From assembly GCA_963771275.1 (NCBI GenBank), contig CAVYSW010000003.1:576001-640000 (forward strand): a DNA stretch of 64,000 bases. The letters are read 5' to 3'. Within the stretch, counting starts at the first letter, position 1. Each line of letters opens with the position of its first letter. The translations under genes were made by a program, and so were the position numbers. This document shows, piece by piece, positions 58,736 to 64,000 of the stretch. Source of the DNA: an uncultured Gemmatimonadales bacterium. GTDB taxonomy: Bacteria > Gemmatimonadota > Gemmatimonadetes > Gemmatimonadales > GWC2-71-9. The notes under the pieces are model-generated. The model was not told the DNA's origin. It made no database searches and saw nothing but the letters and a program-made list of their open reading frames with translations.

Positions 58736-60108
58736 GGACGCCTCGTTTCAAGACGGATCCCGGTGCGCCGCAGCTCCTGGCCGGGCTCCACTTTCACGTC
58801 TTCCTCGTACGGCAGATAGCCGTCGCGCTCGATCCGCAGCCGGTGCGGGCCGGCGGCGATCGGGACGTCGATCGCCGGCGTGCGGCCGACGCTCGTGCCG
58901 TCGATCGACAGGAACCCCCAGGGCTCCACGGAAACCCACAGGCGCCCCGGCGGCGGCACGAACGCGGGCTCGTCTTCGACCACCGGCTGGGCGACCAGGG
59001 GCGGGGCCGCGTGCGTCGCCGGCTCGGGAGTGCCGAAGCGCGGCAGCGCGATCAGTGCGGCCGCGGCCGCGACGCCCACGCCGCCGAGGATCAGCAGCCG
59101 GCGGACCAGGCTGGGCGCGCGCGCGCGCCGGAGCGGTGCCGTCGCCGCCGCGGTGAGCGACGTCTCGACGCGCTGGCTGGGGAGCGGACGCCGCGGCCGC
59201 CGGCCGCCCATCGACGTGAGCAGGTCCACCACGTCCGGGAAGCGGTCGTCGGGCTTCTTGCTCATCGCGCGCTCGAGCGCCTCCACCACCTGCGCCGGCA
59301 GGTCCGGCCGGTACTGCGCCAGCGACGGGGCCGGCTCCACGCAGTGCTTGCGGATGATCTCGCCCACCGCGTCGGCCGCGAACGGGTGCGTCCCCGACAG
59401 CAGCTCGAACGTGAGCACCGCGAGCGAATACTGGTCCGAGCGCCCGTCGAGCGGCTGGCCGTAGAGCTGCTCCGGCGACATGTACAGCGGCGTGCCGAGC
59501 GTGCCGCCCGTCTGGGTGAGCCGCGGGTTGCCGGTCGCCTTGGCAACCCCGAAGTCGCACACGAACGCCCAGCCGCTCTCGTCCAGCATGACGTTCGCCG
59601 GCTTCATGTCGCGGTGCACCACGCCACGCCGATGCGCGTAGTGCAGCGCGCCCACCACCTGCTCGACCACGCTGAAGCAGTCGTGCAGATCCAGCGGACC
59701 GGTGTCGCGCAGCAGCTCCTCGAGCGAGCGGCCGCGAATGTACTTCATGGTGTACCAGAGACACCGGCCGGTGCTCCCGAACCGGTGGATCGGGACGATG
59801 TTGGGGTGATCGAGCGACGCGGAGATCGTCGCCTCCTGGCGGAACCGCTCGACGGCGTTCGCGTCCTGCGTGTGACGGCGGGGCAGGACCTTGAGCGCGA
59901 CCAGACGGTTGAGCGCGGTCTCGCGCGCCAGGAAGACGACCGACATGCCGCCCTGGCCCAGGAAGCCCTCGAACCGGTAGTCCTCGGCGAGCGCCTCGCG
60001 AACGGCGAGGTCGGCCTCGTCGACGATGCTCAGCTCGTCGCCGGGCTCGGGAATGATGCGCCCCGCCAGCTGTTTGTCGCTGCGGGCCGCCAGCGCGATC
60101 TCTGGCAT
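58732..60108 (-). CDS. Hanks-type Ser/Thr kinase with TM and PEGA domain
   Basis: GQGGM, VALK, HRDMKPAN, DFG and GTPLYMSPE motifs; TM; IDG..VG.TP....G.H.L.I...GY. Confidence 0.93.
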   Translation of the reverse strand: MPEIALAARSDKQLAGRIIPEPGDELSIVDEADLAVREALAEDYRFEGFLGQGGMSVVFLARETALNRLVALKVLPRRHTQDANAVERFRQEATISASLDHPNIVPIHRFGSTGRCLWYTMKYIRGRSLEELLRDTGPLDLHDCFSVVEQVVGALHYAHRRGVVHRDMKPANVMLDESGWAFVCDFGVAKATGNPRLTQTGGTLGTPLYMSPEQLYGQPLDGRSDQYSLAVLTFELLSGTHPFAADAVGEIIRKHCVEPAPSLAQYRPDLPAQVVEALERAMSKKPDDRFPDVVDLLTSMGGRRPRRPLPSQRVETSLTAAATAPLRRARAPSLVRRLLILGGVGVAAAAALIALPRFGTPEPATHAAPPLVAQPVVEDEPAFVPPPGRLWVSVEPWGFLSIDGTSVGRTPAIDVPIAAGPHRLRIERDGYLPYEEDVKVEPGQELRRTGIRLETRRP

Positions 60109-60314
60109 CGGCCTCGACGGTGGAATCCGGACCTAGCAGGGGCACGATCCATACCGCCATGAGACAGACTGTCGCGAGCGGCGCCAACCGCCTGTGAGGG
60201 CGGGAGTTGCGGAAGGGGCGGCGCACAGCGTGTGAGCCGAGACGAGGGCAGCCGGTCTGGCGTCCTGCAAGGCGGTCCCGCGCCGGCGCTCGACGTTGTG
60301 CGGTGGATCACAGG

Positions 60315-60389
60315 AATGATCAATGCTCAATGATCAATGCTCAACGTCCAAGTACTTGAACATTGAACATTGAACATTGATCATTGAGC
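60315..60389. repeat. AT-rich imperfect palindrome built from heptamers (AATGNTC / GANCATT)
   Basis: Five AATGNTC-like units, a CAAGTACTTG centre, then four to five inverted units; overlaps the TlpA stop codon. Confidence 0.85.
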
Positions 60390-60886
60390 CTTCCGCAGCG
60401 CCTTCGCCACCGCGGCCGCGATGTCCTGATCGGCGCCGTAGCCGGTGTACACCACCCGGCCGGCCCGATCGAGCGCCACGACGTACGAGGTGCCGGGCGT
60501 GTCGAACGCGCGAACCGCCTTGCCCTCGCCGTCCCACAGCACGCGTCCCGGCATCTTCTCGTCGGCGAGGTGCCGCTGGATCGAGCGCGGCGTCTGTCCG
60601 ACCCCGACGGCCACGATCAGGAACGCGACGCTCGTGTCGGCCTGCGCGTGCGCCGCCGCGAGACGCGGCAGCAGCTTGCGGCACAGCGGGCACCATGTGG
60701 CCCAGAATTCCACGAGCACCGGTTTCTTCCCGATGTACGGGCCAGATCCACTGGATTGCCGTCGAGGTCCGCCAGCGTCACGGCGGGCGGGGTCGCGCCG
60801 ACGGCGATGCCGATCTGCTCCTGGGCGGCCGCGGGCGCGGAAAAGGCGACGCCGCACACCAAGGCTCCACAGCCGCGGCGGCCCAT
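60381..60886 (-). pseudogene. TlpA-like thiol:disulfide oxidoreductase with a 1-nt frameshift (pseudogene or sequencing error)
   Basis: Signal peptide and L.DLDG.PVDL in one frame; PYIGKKPVLVEFWATWCPLC in another. The shift lies in a C-run near 60740. Confidence 0.75.
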
Positions 60887-60938
60887 CGGCTCATCGGCAG
60901 TCGGCCATCGGCCATCGGCCCATCGGCAATCGGCTCAT
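60883..60938. repeat. Tandem heptamer array (CATCGGC)n
   Basis: About seven degenerate CATCGGC units between the ccdA-like stop and the tlpA-like start. Confidence 0.75.
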
Positions 60939-60943
60939 TCGTC

Positions 60944-61675
60944 TCACCATACCATGCCCGCCTGTACGAAGTAGTACTCCGCCATGGCGAGGATGATCAC
61001 GCCACCCAGCCGCTTCATCCACACCATCCAGCGCCCCGACCGCGGCAGGGCCGCCAGGGTGCCGGAGAACAACCCGACGACGACCAGCAGGGCCGTCATG
61101 CCGAGCGAGAACGCGAACAGATAGAGGAACCCGAGCAGCGCGCTGCGGGTTCCGGCCACCCAGGTGAGCACGGCGGCGAAGGCCGGTGCGCCGCACGGTG
61201 CCGCGACGAGGCCCGACGTCGCGCCGAGCAGGAACACCGCCGGCACCGATCCGCCGCGCAGGCCGCCGGCCCAGCGCAGCCATCGCTGGGGCGTGCTCAC
61301 CGGAATGACGTCGAGCATCGCGAGGGCGAAGAGCAGCAGGAGGTTGCCGACCGCGAGCCGGGCCCACGGACTCGCCCCCACCGTGCCGAACAGCGAGCCG
61401 GAGAGCCCCGCGACGAGGCCGAGGGTGGCGTACAGCAGCGCGAGTCCCAGGACGTAGGCGACCGTGAGGACCGCGGTGCGGGCGCGGCTCCTGCCCTGCT
61501 GCGCCGTGCCACCCATCACCCCGACGGTGATCGGAATCATCGGGTAGATGCAGGGCGTGAGGCTGGTCAGCACGCCGGCGCCGAACAGCAGCCCGATGGC
61601 GACGGGCGGGCTGTGCGCGAGCGCGCCGGTGAGGCCGAGGGCGGCGAGGAACGGGTACGCGGGGACAGCGGGCAC
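60944..61675 (-). CDS. CcdA/DsbD transmembrane domain protein
   Basis: LTSLTPCIYPMIPI, APC..P, F.FSLG and LPRSG.WM motifs; GTG start 6 nt after TATGAT. Confidence 0.9.
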   Translation of the reverse strand: MPAVPAYPFLAALGLTGALAHSPPVAIGLLFGAGVLTSLTPCIYPMIPITVGVMGGTAQQGRSRARTAVLTVAYVLGLALLYATLGLVAGLSGSLFGTVGASPWARLAVGNLLLLFALAMLDVIPVSTPQRWLRWAGGLRGGSVPAVFLLGATSGLVAAPCGAPAFAAVLTWVAGTRSALLGFLYLFAFSLGMTALLVVVGLFSGTLAALPRSGRWMVWMKRLGGVIILAMAEYYFVQAGMVW

Positions 61676-61810
61676 GAGCGTATCATAGACGCAGAAGGCT
61701 GGGACGGGCAGAGGGGAACAGGGTCGGCACCAAGTTCGCGGACGGCCGGTAGCGGGCGCGCCGCGGCCGTATATTAGGCCCCTGTCATCCCCTCTCGACC
61801 GGACGCTGTC

Positions 61811-63358
61811 GTGGGCGAAACCCGCGTAGACCTGCTCCACCTCCTCGAGGACCTCCGCGACGCATATCCCGGCTCGCTTGAGGAAACCATCGTGAGCGAG
61901 GTGGTCGCCAACGCGCTCGACTCGGGGGCGCGGCGCGTGACCTTCGCCGCCGATCCCACGGCGGCGACGCTCACCGTGGTGGACGACGGGCGCGGCATGG
62001 CGCGGCGGGAGCTGGCACGCTATCACGACCTCGCGGCCAGCACCAAGCTGCGCGGCCGCGGCATCGGGTTCGCGGGCGTCGGGATCAAGCTCGGTCTGCT
62101 TGTGTGCGAGGAGGTCGTGACCGAGACGCGGCGCGGCAAGACCCACGTGGCAACCCTGTGGCACCTCGCGTCGCGTCACCGGGCGCCGTGGAAGTGGGTG
62201 CCCCCGGTGGGCCTTGTGGGTGAAGGGGGAACGGGCGTGCGCCTCCGGCTCGGGAACCCGCTGTCACCCCTGGTTGACGCGGCATTCGTCGAAGCAGCCG
62301 TGCGGCGGCACTACCAGCCGCTGCTCGAGGGCGAGTTCACGGCAGTGCTGGCGGCCTACCCCGAGGGGATCCGGTTCGTCGTGAACGATCGGCCGCTCAC
62401 GCCGGAGGCGGATGACGGAGAGCGCGCGCCGGTCGCCGTACGCGTGGGGCGGCGGCGGAAGCCCTCGGCGGTGGGCTACCTGCGGCGCACCGGCGATGTG
62501 CTCCCGGAGGACGAGCGGGGCGTCGCGGTCAGCACGCTGGGCAAGGTGATCAAGCGGGGGTGGGACTGGCTCGGCGTCTCCCCAGCGCAGCCCGACCAAG
62601 TGTCGGGCCTCATCGAGGTGCCGGCGCTGGCCGAGTGCCTCACGCTCAACAAGGCCGATTTCATTCGCGTGGGCGCGCGCGGCGCGGTGTATCTCGCCCA
62701 CCGCAAAGCGATCCAGCAGGCGGTGGGCGCGCAGCTCGCAGCGTGGGGCGATGCGCCGGCCGAAGAGGCGCGGAAGTCCAAGACGCGGCCGATGGAACGG
62801 GATCTCGAGAAGGTGCTGGTGGACTTGGCGGACGAGTTTCCGTTGCTCGCGACGCTGGTCGAGCGGCACAAGGGCGGGCAGACGCGTCTTCCCATGGGCC
62901 GGGGAGGGCCGGGCCTCGTGCCGGTCGGACCCATGGAGATCAGCGGGGGCGAGGAGCCTGAGACTTCGGCGCCCGGGGAGCCGGAGACGCTGGCCGAGGC
63001 CGCCCCTGCGGTCGCGGAACCCGTTGCTCCGGAGTCCGGCGCGGAGCCCGTGCCTCCCGTTTCCTATCCGGGGATCGCGGGTCCCAAGCGTCCGGCGCGC
63101 TACGGGCTCCAGATTCGCTTCGAGCGCCGTCCGGATGACCTGGCACTCGGCCGGTTGGTCGAGTCCACGGTCTGGGTGAACGAGGCGCATCCGGCGTATC
63201 GTCGCGCGGTGGTGTCACGCGCCGAGGGATATCACATCGCGCTCGCGACGGCGATGGCGATCGGACCGCTGGCGGTGGAGGCGGCGCGGGTGCCGGAGTT
63301 CGTGACGACGTTTCTGGCGCGGTGGGGGGAGGCGGGAGGGGGGAAGAGGCGCAGGTAG
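61811..63358 (+). CDS. Stand-alone GHKL (MORC/HATPase_c_3-like) ATPase
   Basis: E..ANALDS, DDGRGM, GFAGVG and GT motifs; Pro/Glu linker; C-terminal VWVN..HPAY. Confidence 0.8.
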   Translation: MGETRVDLLHLLEDLRDAYPGSLEETIVSEVVANALDSGARRVTFAADPTAATLTVVDDGRGMARRELARYHDLAASTKLRGRGIGFAGVGIKLGLLVCEEVVTETRRGKTHVATLWHLASRHRAPWKWVPPVGLVGEGGTGVRLRLGNPLSPLVDAAFVEAAVRRHYQPLLEGEFTAVLAAYPEGIRFVVNDRPLTPEADDGERAPVAVRVGRRRKPSAVGYLRRTGDVLPEDERGVAVSTLGKVIKRGWDWLGVSPAQPDQVSGLIEVPALAECLTLNKADFIRVGARGAVYLAHRKAIQQAVGAQLAAWGDAPAEEARKSKTRPMERDLEKVLVDLADEFPLLATLVERHKGGQTRLPMGRGGPGLVPVGPMEISGGEEPETSAPGEPETLAEAAPAVAEPVAPESGAEPVPPVSYPGIAGPKRPARYGLQIRFERRPDDLALGRLVESTVWVNEAHPAYRRAVVSRAEGYHIALATAMAIGPLAVEAARVPEFVTTFLARWGEAGGGKRRR

Positions 63359-63446
63359 GAGGCCTCGGGTGGCGTGTCGAGCCGGGAGCCCTATTATTCC
63401 TACGAGCCGCCTTCCCACGAACCGCACGGACGCCCTAGGAGGAGCC

Positions 63447-64000
63447 TTGAGCCGCCCGCACGTCCCCCTCGGCGTAGGGATCTACACTCGGGCTGAGGCT
63501 GCACGCCTCCTTCGCCTGACTCCACAGCGCTTGGGCCGCTGGGTGCGGGGATACACGTACTGGCTCAGGTCGGGCCTTCGCACGCGCCGCACGCGCCAAC
63601 CGCCGGTCGTCCAGACCGACCTCCCGACGATTGACGGGGTCGTAGCCCTCTCATTCCTGGAACTCATGGAGTTGCGGGTCGTACGCGGTTTCGTCGAGAA
63701 GGGCGTGCCCCTGCAGCGGGTCCGGGTGGCCGCGCGCCGCATCGCCCAGCTGTTTGACACACCTCACCCGTTTGCACACCGACGGCTCTTCACCGACCAC
63801 GAGGAGATCTTCGTCGGGTTGTCGGAGGACGAATCACCGCCCGACCTGATGCAGGTCACCGGCCGCCAGGCGACGCTCCAGCTCATCGCCGGGAGTCTGC
63901 TCGAGCACTACGTCGAGGAGATGGACTTCGACGCGACGACCTCGTTGGCGCAACGCTGGTTCCCTCTGGGTCGCGGCGTTCCGGTCGTTCTCGATCCACG
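63447..64000 (+). CDS. HTH + DUF433-type antitoxin-like protein (VapB45-like), 3'-truncated
   Basis: Absent from the ORF track. AGGAGG RBS and TTG start; translates to G.GIYT.AEAARLL, LSFLELMELR, HPFA...FTD and RWFP.G...VVLDP. Confidence 0.75.
   Translation, partial: MSRPHVPLGVGIYTRAEAARLLRLTPQRLGRWVRGYTYWLRSGLRTRRTRQPPVVQTDLPTIDGVVALSFLELMELRVVRGFVEKGVPLQRVRVAARRIAQLFDTPHPFAHRRLFTDHEEIFVGLSEDESPPDLMQVTGRQATLQLIAGSLLEHYVEEMDFDATTSLAQRWFPLGRGVPVVLDP

Noticed and set aside
60315..60938. Repeat arrays as CRISPR
   Set aside because: Units are 7 nt with no spacers, and no cas genes are present.

Overview
High-GC bacterial window. Gemmatimonadota is the likely source, inferred from gene repertoire and promoter style and not proven. 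It is densely coding and mostly housekeeping or envelope related. In order it holds: the end of a type IV pilus minor-pilin operon with two tandem PilX-like paralogs, acyl-CoA dehydrogenase, a large single-chain PurL, M42/M28 peptidases, two HEAT-repeat paralogs, nth, a YyaL-like/ArnT-like/AsnB-like operon, an ECF sigma module with a MacAB-TolC-type exporter, thrC-thrB, DinB/RidA genes, a decayed TonB-dependent receptor, an M19 dipeptidase, a yggX-like gene plus an HcrCAB-like molybdoenzyme, an orphan family-5 binding protein with a hybrid kinase, a Tat amidase, a TetR-RND-TolC operon, a Ser/Thr kinase, CcdA/TlpA, a stand-alone GHKL ATPase and a DUF433-type antitoxin-like gene cut by the window edge. 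The strongest hidden signal is an exported, cysteine-free peroxiredoxin with an in-frame UGA at the catalytic position followed by a SECIS-like hairpin (56006-56578), which the ORF track splits in two. Other notable signals are dispersed 7-8 nt tandem and inverted repeats that invade gene ends and coding sequence, repeated leaderless -10/start arrangements, an RND pump lacking its proton-relay aspartates, and a Glu-to-Gln change at the Mo-site base of the Hcr-like enzyme. I saw no rRNA, tRNA, CRISPR array or transposase. All family assignments come from motif recognition by eye; no searches were run.
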